Source: an uncultured delta proteobacterium
GTDB taxonomy: Bacteria > Desulfobacterota > Binatia > UBA9968
Assembly (NCBI GenBank): GCA_963745035.1
Contig: CAVUVW010000013.1
Coordinates: 1,696,001-1,760,000 of the forward strand
Length of the DNA: 64,000 nt
Direction of reading: 5' to 3'
Shown here: piece after piece, positions 9,467-17,931 of the stretch
Layout of the letters: every line of letters starts with the position of its first letter
How positions within the stretch are numbered: the first letter of the stretch is position 1
Notes under the pieces: generated by a model
Told to the model about the DNA's origin: nothing
The model's input: only the letters and a program-made list of their open reading frames with translations
Databases searched by the model: none
Program-made: the position numbers and the translations under genes

Positions 9467-10156
9467 ATGATGGCGGAAAAGATCAACAGATTCGAAGTAC
9501 AGACACTGCTGAAGAACGGAACACAGCTCGTGGAAGTTTTGGGCCGAAAGGAATACCGCTGGGCGCACCTACCTCAGGCCATCAATATCCCGCTTTGGGA
9601 CATCGATTTTCAAAGCACCTCGGAGCTCATGAAGAATCGATCGATCGTCGTATACTGCCATGATTACCAGTGAGACTTGAGCCCGAGAGCCGCGGCGCGG
9701 CTCGAAACGCTCGGATTTGAAATGGTTTTTGACTACGTGGCGGGAAAACTCGACTGGCTCGCCAATGACTTACCGGTAGAGGGGGAATTGGCTGGGATGC
9801 CAAAACTGGGAGACCTCGCGGATCGCCAGGTTTCCACGTGTTTCCCGGAGGAAGATGCCGGTGAAGTCCTGGATAAAATGCAACAAGACGGTCGCGACCT
9901 TTGCGTTGTTGTAGATAAGGAACGTGTGGTTCTTGGAATTGTAAAAAACGAGGCAACGAAGAATTCGCAACAGTCTGTAGACCAAGTCATGGAGCCGGGG
10001 CCGACCACGTTCCGTCCTTATATCGCCGTTGAGGAGCTGGCTGATCAAGTCGCTGGAAAAAACATGGCTGCCGTTCTCGTGACGACTTCGGACGGCCGTC
10101 TGATTGGCTCGGTACGCGCAGAGGACATCCGATCACGCCAAGGAGGGCGAGAATAA
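9467..10156 (+). CDS. Rhodanese-like/CBS-domain selenoprotein (in-frame TGA at 9671-9673 read as Sec)
   Basis: ORFs 9467-9673 and 9677-10156 share a frame; HLPQAINIP...VYCHDYQ-U-DLSPRAAARL continues the rhodanese fold; hairpin follows TGA; CBS pair at C-terminus; AAGGAG RBS. Confidence 0.8.
9683..9714 (+). promoter_or_regulatory. Putative bacterial SECIS hairpin
   Basis: GAGCCGC(9687-93)/GCGGCTC(9697-703) stem with G-containing loop ~21 nt after UGA; lower stem CCGA/TCGG. Confidence 0.65.
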
Positions 10157-10180
10157 ATCGAGGCGGAGTGTCATCCGGGC

Positions 10181-11281
10181 CTATTCCAACACACCGAGTA
10201 ATTGGAATTCATAGACGCCAACCGAGCTAAAGCCGTGAGAAGAGACGACCTTCACTTTCAGATACCGCGCTTTGACCGGCGGGAACTTGAACTCTTGATA
10301 GGGGTTTTTGAAAAAGCGCAGGTTCTGCGTCTGAAACTTGCCGATCGAATCGAATTTTCCGGTCGGAGAATCATTCCCGGCCAGTAGCTCGAACTCTCTC
10401 AAATTCCAGCTCTCCGCACCTAGGATCAGAACCTTGAATGTATCGAAGCTTGCGGGCTTATCATCTTTGAATCCGTAAACCGCCCAGCTGCCGGCAACAC
10501 CGACGTCGATGTATTGCCAATTTTTCTCATCGCCGTCGATGGCGTAGGGCCAGCGATCGTTTGTGGCAGCAACGACATGGCCGCCGTTTTCTGCAGCAAG
10601 CAGATTCGTTGCCGATGATCGAGGTTGTGTTGAAGGCTCGCGCTTGGCATTGTGGCCCGCGCCGCCGAGGTCAGGCTTTGTCGGATCAGGGGCGGTACTC
10701 GTCGTCGACTGAATCGATGACTGGTTCTGGGATTGAGAATGTTGTTTTTCGAAAAAGCCGGTTTGTTGAAGCACGGCAAGCGAACCGAGCGCGCCAGCTA
10801 GGACGCCCGCCAAAATACCCCACACCGTCTTCGACCAATGGGGTGACCGCACTGCGCTAATGATCGGGATTCGTCTTGGTTGCGGGGCGCTGCCATCCAT
10901 CATGCCGGCGACCGTCCGTAATAATTCATCGAACTCACGATGCGAAGAATCACCGTGCCAATCGGAGAGATCCGCTGCTTCGATTCTCTTGAATTCGAGG
11001 GGAATTTTGACGTTATCGATCAACGCCGGCACGAGGATTCCTCGCTCCGCGCCCTCCGCTGCTTCCGTTTTCACCCAACGGGACGACACCGAGGTTTTAG
11101 ACCAGAGAACAACCACACAGCGGGCCGAGCTCAACGCATTCTCGATCGTCTCGTCGAACGACTTGCCGGGCGGAATCTCTCGATCCCACCAAACCGACCA
11201 ACCCCTCTGTGAAAATGCACTGGCGAGCAGCTCAGCTTTTTCCTTATCCGCTCGTGCATAGCTGATAAAAATTTCACTCAT
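10181..11281 (-). CDS. TIR-domain membrane protein with C-terminal discoidin/F5-8 type C-like domain
   Basis: IFISYAR.D, VWWD, VVVLWS..SV.SRWVKTEA (TIR_2); TM helix; ARYLKVKV...VYEFQL. Confidence 0.85.
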   Translation of the reverse strand: MSEIFISYARADKEKAELLASAFSQRGWSVWWDREIPPGKSFDETIENALSSARCVVVLWSKTSVSSRWVKTEAAEGAERGILVPALIDNVKIPLEFKRIEAADLSDWHGDSSHREFDELLRTVAGMMDGSAPQPRRIPIISAVRSPHWSKTVWGILAGVLAGALGSLAVLQQTGFFEKQHSQSQNQSSIQSTTSTAPDPTKPDLGGAGHNAKREPSTQPRSSATNLLAAENGGHVVAATNDRWPYAIDGDEKNWQYIDVGVAGSWAVYGFKDDKPASFDTFKVLILGAESWNLREFELLAGNDSPTGKFDSIGKFQTQNLRFFKNPYQEFKFPPVKARYLKVKVVSSHGFSSVGVYEFQLLGVLE

Positions 11282-11546
11282 GCGGCCATGATGATTCCAT
11301 GCCCAACAGAATGCAATCTGTTTTTAAATAACTGCTCCAGACCCAGGGCTGCTCAGCATCAGGGCGCGTAGGAGAAAAATACGACGACAAAGCCTTACAG
11401 AAACCTAGCTCAATCCTACAAAGTCCCAAACACGGAATTTCGCCTGAGCAAGTTTTCAAAATTGGCAGCAAAATCGGACTTTATTGAACATAACTCCGGG
11501 CACATGCTTTGCTCTCCACAGACAGCAGACAGAACGGAGGTGCAAC

Positions 11547-11783
11547 ATGGAACAACTACATGGCTTAACTGAAGATGCGGCTTTACAGCTCCAAGCGATG
11601 TTGGACACTCCCATTGAAGACCAAGCGGCTCCCTACGAGTTGGTCTTGCTCGGAAGCTTGCTGCAAAATGGGCTTCAGTCATTACAGAATTCCGAAAGTG
11701 GTGAGGAAACGTGCGAAATACTTCGCCAGCTGCTGAAAAGTGCATTCGTCATTGGTCGCAGGCATGTCAACCAACTGGTGTAA
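11547..11783 (+). CDS. Hypothetical protein, 78 aa
   Basis: GGAGGTG RBS before ATG 11547; helical composition. Confidence 0.55.
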   Translation: MEQLHGLTEDAALQLQAMLDTPIEDQAAPYELVLLGSLLQNGLQSLQNSESGEETCEILRQLLKSAFVIGRRHVNQLV

Positions 11784-11854
11784 GGGTTTCACGCGCGTCG
11801 AAGCTTCGACGCATTGCTTCGATGCGCGTTTATAGGGTGGTATTTTTTCTAACC

Positions 11855-12052
11855 CAACGCCATAGGCTTGTTCACGGTGGCTATGATCCTGGCGTAATCG
11901 ACGGCCTAACCGACGATCAGACACGAGCAGCGATTAGCGAGTTTCAGTCCGACCACGCTCTCGTAGCAACAGGCATCGGCGATCCCGAAACCGGCGAGTT
12001 GCTTGGCATCGTGATCAGTCAATCGAGCCAAATTAGCGACAACGTGAAATAG
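11855..12052 (+). pseudogene. Peptidoglycan-binding domain (PG_binding_1) 3' fragment
   Basis: GYDPGVIDG..DDQTRAAISEFQSDHALVATG..DPET; no convincing start codon. Confidence 0.55.
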
Positions 12053-12062
12053 CTCGATAAAG

Positions 12063-12101
12063 GAGGGCTGCCTCATCTAACGATGGGGCGGCCCTTTTTT
12101 C
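12063..12101 (+). terminator. Rho-independent terminator
   Basis: gagggctgcctcatc-taac-gatggggcggccct followed by a T tract. Confidence 0.75.
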
Positions 12102-12314
12102 TTCAGGCTCCGATTTCCGGCTTCTGTCAATTTGTACAGAGCATCGGCTCGAACAGAAACGAGCGCCGCGGTCAATCAATTCGCTTTCTTACCATCCCGC
12201 GCTCGCCTTCAAACCTCATCCCGCTTTGATTCCTCTCGCCTCTTTCGACTGTTGCCTATTGCATACTGCCTGTTGTCTTCTCCCTATTTGTGAACCCTGC
12301 CACGCTCGTCTAGG

Positions 12315-13293
12315 ATGAAGGCGATGCTGGACAACTTCCTGCAGATTCTTCCCGGAGGTGATTTTCGATGCCGCCGAGACATTAGGTGGGCGTTGCACGG
12401 GCCGCTTCTACGCGCTTCACGCGCTGGAAAACCGGGTGTACGACATCGAGATGGAAGAAGGGCCGCACGTCATCGTCAAATTTTACCGCCCTGGCCGCTG
12501 GAGCCGCGCGACGATTCAGGCCGAGCACGATTTTTTGAAGGCCCTCGAAGAAAGCGAAATTCCCGTCGTCTGCCCCCTCACCGACAAGACGGGACGAAGC
12601 ATTTTCGAGATCAACAACGTGATGTTCACCCTATTCCCGAAGCGGCCGGGGCGGCTCGAGCCCGAACTGAACAAGGAACAGCTCACGCGGCTGGGCAGGT
12701 TCATGGCTCGACTCCACAGCGTTGGGGCTTCGGTAAAAGGCGCGCCCAGGCTACGCCTCGATCCGCAAACCTATGGGCGCGAGCCTTTGCAGTTTTTAAG
12801 AGACGGGAAGTTCATCCCGCTGGAGCTCGCCAGCCGTTATCAAGCCATCGTCACGCAAATCTGCGACGCGATCACTCCCCGCTTCGAGGGCATCCAATAC
12901 GTTCTGCTCCACGGCGATTGCCATTCCGGAAATATTTTGTGGAATAGAGACGATCCGTACTTCATCGATTTCGACGACATGCTCTACGCGCCCCCCGTTC
13001 AGGATATCTGGATGCTCACGGGCGCGGACGACGAGTACGGCAAAGAGCAAAGGCGCATCTTGCTCGAGGCCTACGAGCAGATCCGAACTTTCGACATGAC
13101 CACCATGCAGCTCATCGAGCCGCTGCGGGCGCTGCGGATGATTCACTTTTCCGCATGGATCGCGCGCCGCTGGGAAGACAGCGCTTTCAAAGCGTCGTTT
13201 CCCGACTTCGGCACCGAGCGTTATTGGCAGGAGCAAATCGAAGCGCTCGATCTGCAGTTAGAAAAAGTGCAATACCCCACGGCCGATCTCTAG
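12315..13293 (+). CDS. srkA: Stress-response Ser/Thr kinase SrkA/RdoA; probable frameshift near 12350
   Basis: ENRVY, KFYRPGRWS, EHDF, LHGDCHSGN, DFDD, QDIWM and WIARRWED.AF...FP motifs; MKAMLDNFLQILP in the adjacent frame is the likely true N-terminus. Confidence 0.9.
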
Positions 13294-13326
13294 CGTTGAG
13301 CCGCGGCCAAGTTCGGAAGCGAAGGG

Positions 13327-13440
13327 GGCCGTCGAGGAAGCCTGCCGTGAGGCTTCTCGAACGGCCTTGAACCATCAAACGGTTTTAACTGAAGGAAAAC
13401 GACGGGACGTTTCTTACTGTTGCCTACTGCCTATTGCATA
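13327..13440 (+). repeat. Hairpin element copy 2 plus TTGAAC and CTGTTGC blocks
   Basis: ggccgtcgaggaagcctgccgtgaggcttctcgaacggcc; tcttactgttgcctactgcctattgc. Confidence 0.7.
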
Positions 13441-13442
13441 TT

Positions 13443-14039
13443 TCAAGCCTCGGTGTACCACGTGGTATGGCGATCCACAGGAAGGCGCTTGGCCATGGTC
13501 TTCTGCTCGGAATACCCCAGGAAAATGCACGCTACCGGACGCTCTTTTTCCGTCAGTCCTAGAACCGGGCCGACGAAATTCTGGTCGATCCAGGCGCCCG
13601 TGCTGGGATAGCTGCCCAGGCCGCGAGCGGTAGCGGCGACCAGCAGGTTCTCGATGGCGCACCAGCAGGCTGCGTAATTCTCCTGATCGGTGATTTTGTT
13701 GTCATCGCCGACCATGGAAACGATGATTAGAACCGGGGACGAATAACACTTATCCCGGGCGAAGCCGAGATCCTTTTCGCTCGCCTGTTCGCCCTTCTTC
13801 TCCGCGGCCCAACGCACCGACGCTTGTCGGGCTGCGACCAAGCGTTCGCGCCCCTCGCCCGAGAACACGTGGAAACGCCAGGGATGGGTCAATTTGTGGT
13901 TAGGCGCCCAGTGGGCGGCGTCGAGCAGCTCCTCGATCCACTCCCGAGGAATCTCGGTGGGAAGATACTCCTTCACCGAGCGACGCGTCTTGATTGCAGT
14001 GAGCGCATCATCGAGAGGGCGCTCCGTTGTGCTTGCCAT
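13443..14039 (-). CDS. Nitroreductase family protein (YdjA-like)
   Basis: TRRSVK, AAHWAPNHKLTHPWRF, AIENLLVAATARGLGS motifs. Confidence 0.9.
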   Translation of the reverse strand: MASTTERPLDDALTAIKTRRSVKEYLPTEIPREWIEELLDAAHWAPNHKLTHPWRFHVFSGEGRERLVAARQASVRWAAEKKGEQASEKDLGFARDKCYSSPVLIIVSMVGDDNKITDQENYAACWCAIENLLVAATARGLGSYPSTGAWIDQNFVGPVLGLTEKERPVACIFLGYSEQKTMAKRLPVDRHTTWYTEA

Positions 14040-14164
14040 GATTCTACCTCCGAATCTTGTGCCGATTTATATCTGCAGTAGATTTAAATAAGCTTTTTTT
14101 CCAGGCCGCGCAACATCTCGCCGGAGCGGGAGAGCCGTCAACCCCTTTCCGCGTATCTCTCTGC

Positions 14165-14215
14165 TAACGGCTTGAACGGAGCGCAGCGGTTGAACGCCTT
14201 GAACGATTTGAATGG
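14165..14215 (+). repeat. TTGAAC 9-mer tandem block
   Basis: cttgaacggagcgcagcggttgaacgccttgaacgatttgaat. Confidence 0.85.
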
Positions 14216-14330
14216 GCCTCGTATCTTCTTAGCGCAGCTTGACAATCTTGACGGCGGGGCGTTATCCGTAACGAAATACGCACCGTCGCTCACTCGAGCT
14301 TTATTACTTGGTTTCAGACGTGGAGGACAG

Positions 14331-15512
14331 ATGCACCTCAAGCATGGACTTATCAGCGCCGACTCTCACGCGGCATTTGACCCGGGCACCTACACCAGCC
14401 GGATGTCGGCAAGCAAGTGGGGAGATTTGATCCCGCGGGTGGTGGAAACGAAGGAAAACGGCACAGTTTACGACCGCTGGTCGATCTACGGCAAGATTTC
14501 CGACAACGACATATGCAACTGCCCGGCTCTGATGGGCGAGCCATTCCCGACGTTCCCGAAGCGATGGGGGGAAGTGCCGGCGACCGCCTATGATCCGCGG
14601 GAGCGCCTGACTGCGCTCGACCGCGACGGTATCGATGCAGAGGTGCTGTTTCCGAACCCTCCGGGCGGGACCTTTTTTGAATATGGCGATCGCGAATTCG
14701 AGCTCGACGTCGTGCGCGCCTATAACGACGCGCTGTCCGACTGGGCGCGCGCGAGCGACCGCTATCTGCCGCTCGCCATCATCGCCTATCTGAGCCAACC
14801 GGAGACCATCGCCCGCGAGATCGAGCGCGCCGCGGCGGCCGGTCATCGCGGCATCAATTGTCTGGGCGAGATGCCGTCACCGCTGCCCCATCTCACCGAT
14901 CCCTACTGGTATCCGCTCTGGGATGTTTGCCAGGCGCTCGACCTGCCCGTGCACATTCACGGCTCCGCGGGTGTGCGCGCCGGAGGTTCGGTGCGCAAAT
15001 GGAGCGGCTATACGCCGCGCCAGGCCCATTCGGCGATGACCGCCACGTCGGCGGTGACGCCGGCGCAGGTTGTGCCGCATTTGATTTTTTCGGGATTGAT
15101 GCAGCGCTTCCCGCGCCTGAAAATCGTCTTTGCTGAGGCCGGCATCGGCGGCCTCAATTACGTGCTCGCGGCCTGTGATCACGAGTGGGAATCGCGCCGG
15201 TTGTGGAGCGAAGGCCTGCAGACGCGCCCGAGCGAGACAGTGCGCCGGCAAGTATATGTGAATTTCTGGTTCGAGGCCGAAGGCATCAAGCTGCGCCACG
15301 ATATCGGCATCGATAACATCATGTGGGAATCGGACTTCCCGCACGTGGCATCGTATTACCCGCGTTCCTGGCAGGAGGTCCATCGCGTGCTCGAAGGCGT
15401 GCCGCCCGAAGATCGACGCAAGCTGCTCTACGAGAACGCGATCCGGCTGTACCGCATCGATGCGGCTGTGCCGGAGAAAACCATCTCGGGGGATGCGGCA
15501 TCGTGGAGCTGA
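14331..15512 (+). CDS. Amidohydrolase family protein (Amidohydro_2)
   Basis: ISADSH, DRDGIDAEVLFP, RAYND, PVHIH, AEAG, MWESDFPH and NA.RLY motifs; GGAGG RBS. Confidence 0.9.
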   Translation: MHLKHGLISADSHAAFDPGTYTSRMSASKWGDLIPRVVETKENGTVYDRWSIYGKISDNDICNCPALMGEPFPTFPKRWGEVPATAYDPRERLTALDRDGIDAEVLFPNPPGGTFFEYGDREFELDVVRAYNDALSDWARASDRYLPLAIIAYLSQPETIAREIERAAAAGHRGINCLGEMPSPLPHLTDPYWYPLWDVCQALDLPVHIHGSAGVRAGGSVRKWSGYTPRQAHSAMTATSAVTPAQVVPHLIFSGLMQRFPRLKIVFAEAGIGGLNYVLAACDHEWESRRLWSEGLQTRPSETVRRQVYVNFWFEAEGIKLRHDIGIDNIMWESDFPHVASYYPRSWQEVHRVLEGVPPEDRRKLLYENAIRLYRIDAAVPEKTISGDAASWS

Positions 15513-16628
15513 AGTACGGCTTCATCAGCGTCGACGACCACGTGCAGGAGCCGCCCGATCTTTGGAGCGAGCGAATGCCGCGCCGCTGGGGCGCGCGGGT
15601 GCCGCATCTCGAGCGCGCATCCGACGGAGCGGAGCGCTGGGTGGTCGACGGGAAAACTCTGCTCGGCGGTACGGCGAGCAAAGCCGGCGCTTTCATGACC
15701 GATCGTAATTGCGAGCCGAGCCGTTGGGACGAAGTTCCAGCGGCGGCCTACGTGCCTGCCGAGCGTCTGAAGGTGATGGACGCCGCCGGCGTGGATGTTT
15801 CCGTGCTCTATCCGACCGTGGCGGGATTGGCGGGAGAAGTGTTTGGCGCGATCGAGGACAACGAGCTCGAGCTTGCCTGTGTCCAGGCGTACAACGACTG
15901 GCTGATCGAGTCATTGGGCCGCAGCGAGCGAACGATTCATTCCCCAATGCATCGTCCCGATTTGGCCGGTCGACGCGACCATCAAAGAGATTCGCCGTGC
16001 GGTAAAACTCGGCCACCGCGGCGTGGTGTTTCCATCGCTGCCCATGCATCTGCGCAACGTCCCGCATGTCAGCGGACCCGAGTACGATCCGCTGTGGGCG
16101 GCGTGTGAGGACCTCGATGTGCCAGTCTGCTTCCACGCCGGCGCTTCCGCCGAGCTGCAGTATCCGCCCTCTACCGCGCTCAGCGGTCCGCTCGCCCAGG
16201 CTCTCGACGCGGTGACCCGGCCGGTTTCCAATGTGTTCGTGCTCTCGCTCTACTCGTTCTCGCGGGTGTTCCTGCGCCATCCCCGGCTGCGGATCGTGCT
16301 TGCCGAAAGCGCCTTGAGCTGGGCAATGCTGTTTATGGAATGGGCCGATCACCAGTTCGAGCACGACGGGCTGGCGCGCGAGGGCTACGATTTGAAGCCG
16401 TCGGAAATGTTTCGCCGCAACTGCTTTTTGACGTCGTGGTTCGATCCCGTCGCGCCCTTTCTTGAATACGTCGGCGCGGAGCATATTCTCTGGTCGAGCA
16501 AGCTGCCGCTGGCGACGTCGAGCTGGCCGAACACACGCGAGACGATTGAAAGTTCTTTCCGCGACGTCTCACCTCAAGCCAAGGAAAAGATACTGTGGCG
16601 CAACGCCGCGCAACTCTATCGCTTGTGA
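15503..16628 (+). CDS. Second amidohydrolase (Amidohydro_2), frameshift near 15912
   Basis: ISVDDHVQEPPDLW, AYNDW in one frame; PVCFH, AES, LWSS.LP and NAAQLY in the next. Confidence 0.8.
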
Positions 16629-16779
16629 CAAGTCGGGCATAGAAGCTCACCGGAGAGGAAGACTCGCCGTTGACGCCAACGCGCACGACAAAGCGATCAG
16701 AGAACTTCCCAAGGATGCTCAAACGATCCAGTTCTACAAGATGCAGTACGACCACGCTTAACGACTCACGTTCACGGCT

Positions 16780-16817
16780 TTTCTCTTTATCCCTTATCCT
16801 TTCGCCTTTATCCTTTA
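16780..16817 (+). repeat. TTTATCC heptamer block
   Basis: ctttatcccttatcctttcgcctttatccttt; same family at ~26194 and ~29450. Confidence 0.7.
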
Positions 16818-16827
16818 CAAAAGTTGC

Positions 16828-17211
16828 CTATTCAGGAACGCACGCCGTAACGGTGATCTCCACCAGGAGTTCCGGGGCGTTCAACATGACTTCCACGGTG
16901 GTGCGGGCGGGTTTGTTCGTCGGGAAAAACTTGGCGTACTCCTCGTTGTAGGCGGCAAGGTCCTCACGTCGGGTCAGATGCGTCAGCACCGTCAGAACAT
17001 TCTCGAGAGATGTCCCCGCGGTTTTCAAAATCATCTCGACGCGCTGAAGAGCGTACTGAGTCTGCTCGCGAACGTTCCTGCCGACCTCTCCGGTAATCGG
17101 GTGCCGGCCGGTTTGGCCGGCGACGAACACCAGATCTCCAAACCGCGTGGCCGGTGAGAGATTCGGATTCGCCGCGGCGAGATTCACCTGAATAACTTCT
17201 TTCTTCGGCAT
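16828..17211 (-). CDS. RidA/YjgF/UK114 family protein
   Basis: SPA, LVFVAGQ, AGTSLENV, PARTTV and LVEI motifs. Confidence 0.9.
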   Translation of the reverse strand: MPKKEVIQVNLAAANPNLSPATRFGDLVFVAGQTGRHPITGEVGRNVREQTQYALQRVEMILKTAGTSLENVLTVLTHLTRREDLAAYNEEYAKFFPTNKPARTTVEVMLNAPELLVEITVTACVPE

Positions 17212-17284
17212 CGCGTCTCCTCAATGAAGTTTGTTTACAAATTAACGGCCTTGTTACCAGATTTGACTCAGCCTTGCACGGTCG

Positions 17285-17502
17285 CTCGGTCGGGCCAAGC
17301 TATGTGCGTATTACATCGCGACCACTGCTTTCGATGTTTCGAGAATTCTCGAAGCGTGGAAGCTCAGCGTCAGGCCAACTTACCCTGAACTTTGAACCGC
17401 TTCGTCAGGTACCGTTGAAACAACTCTGAAACCGTTCTTCGTTGGCATAACGCTTTGAACAGAGTGAAACGGTTGAACGGTTTTTACTGTTGCCTGTTGC
17501 CT
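17285..17502 (+). repeat. Composite intergenic block: transposase 3'-end tag, GAATTC palindrome, TTGAAC and CTGTTGC units
   Basis: ggtcgggccaagctatgt; tcgatgtttcgagaattctcgaagcgtgga; ttgaacagagtgaaacggttgaac; ctgttgcctgttgcct. Confidence 0.7.
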
Positions 17503-17931
17503 TCAGTTTGCCCCGCGGATGAGGCGGCAGAGCGCACGAAAGACGGCTTGGACCAGCTCGAAGTCCAGCGAGAGGATGTCATGAAAATCCTGAGCATTGA
17601 GCTTGAGGGCGTGAACAGGTTCAATCGCCTTTACGGTGTGGAGAGCCGGTCCAAAATCGAGAGCGGCTACCGTTCCAAAGACTTCTTTTTCACCAACCTC
17701 ACGCAGCCTTTTTCCTTTGCTCTCGACCGACACGCGGCCATTGAAGATAAAATAGATAGCGTCCGTAGGTACAGCTTCATCGACGATAGTTTCCCCAGCC
17801 GAGAAATGGATCTCGTCGGTGAGGGCAGCGACGCTGCCAAGTTTTTCTACCGCAGCGCGATCAAAGATATCTAGCGACTTAAGGAAAATCACTTTTTCTA
17901 TCGTGGTAAGCCTTTTTTGTTCCATCATCAA
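17503..17931 (-). CDS. Cyclic-nucleotide-binding domain protein
   Basis: LTTIEKVIFLKSLDIF, GETI, IYFIFNGRV and FG..AALD motifs; overlaps stop of the upstream gene. Confidence 0.85.
   Translation of the reverse strand: MMMEQKRLTTIEKVIFLKSLDIFDRAAVEKLGSVAALTDEIHFSAGETIVDEAVPTDAIYFIFNGRVSVESKGKRLREVGEKEVFGTVAALDFGPALHTVKAIEPVHALKLNAQDFHDILSLDFELVQAVFRALCRLIRGAN

Noticed and set aside
10181-12052. Thoeris or other named defence operon around the TIR gene
   Set aside because: No ThsA/SIR2/Macro, cyclase or other partner gene is adjacent.
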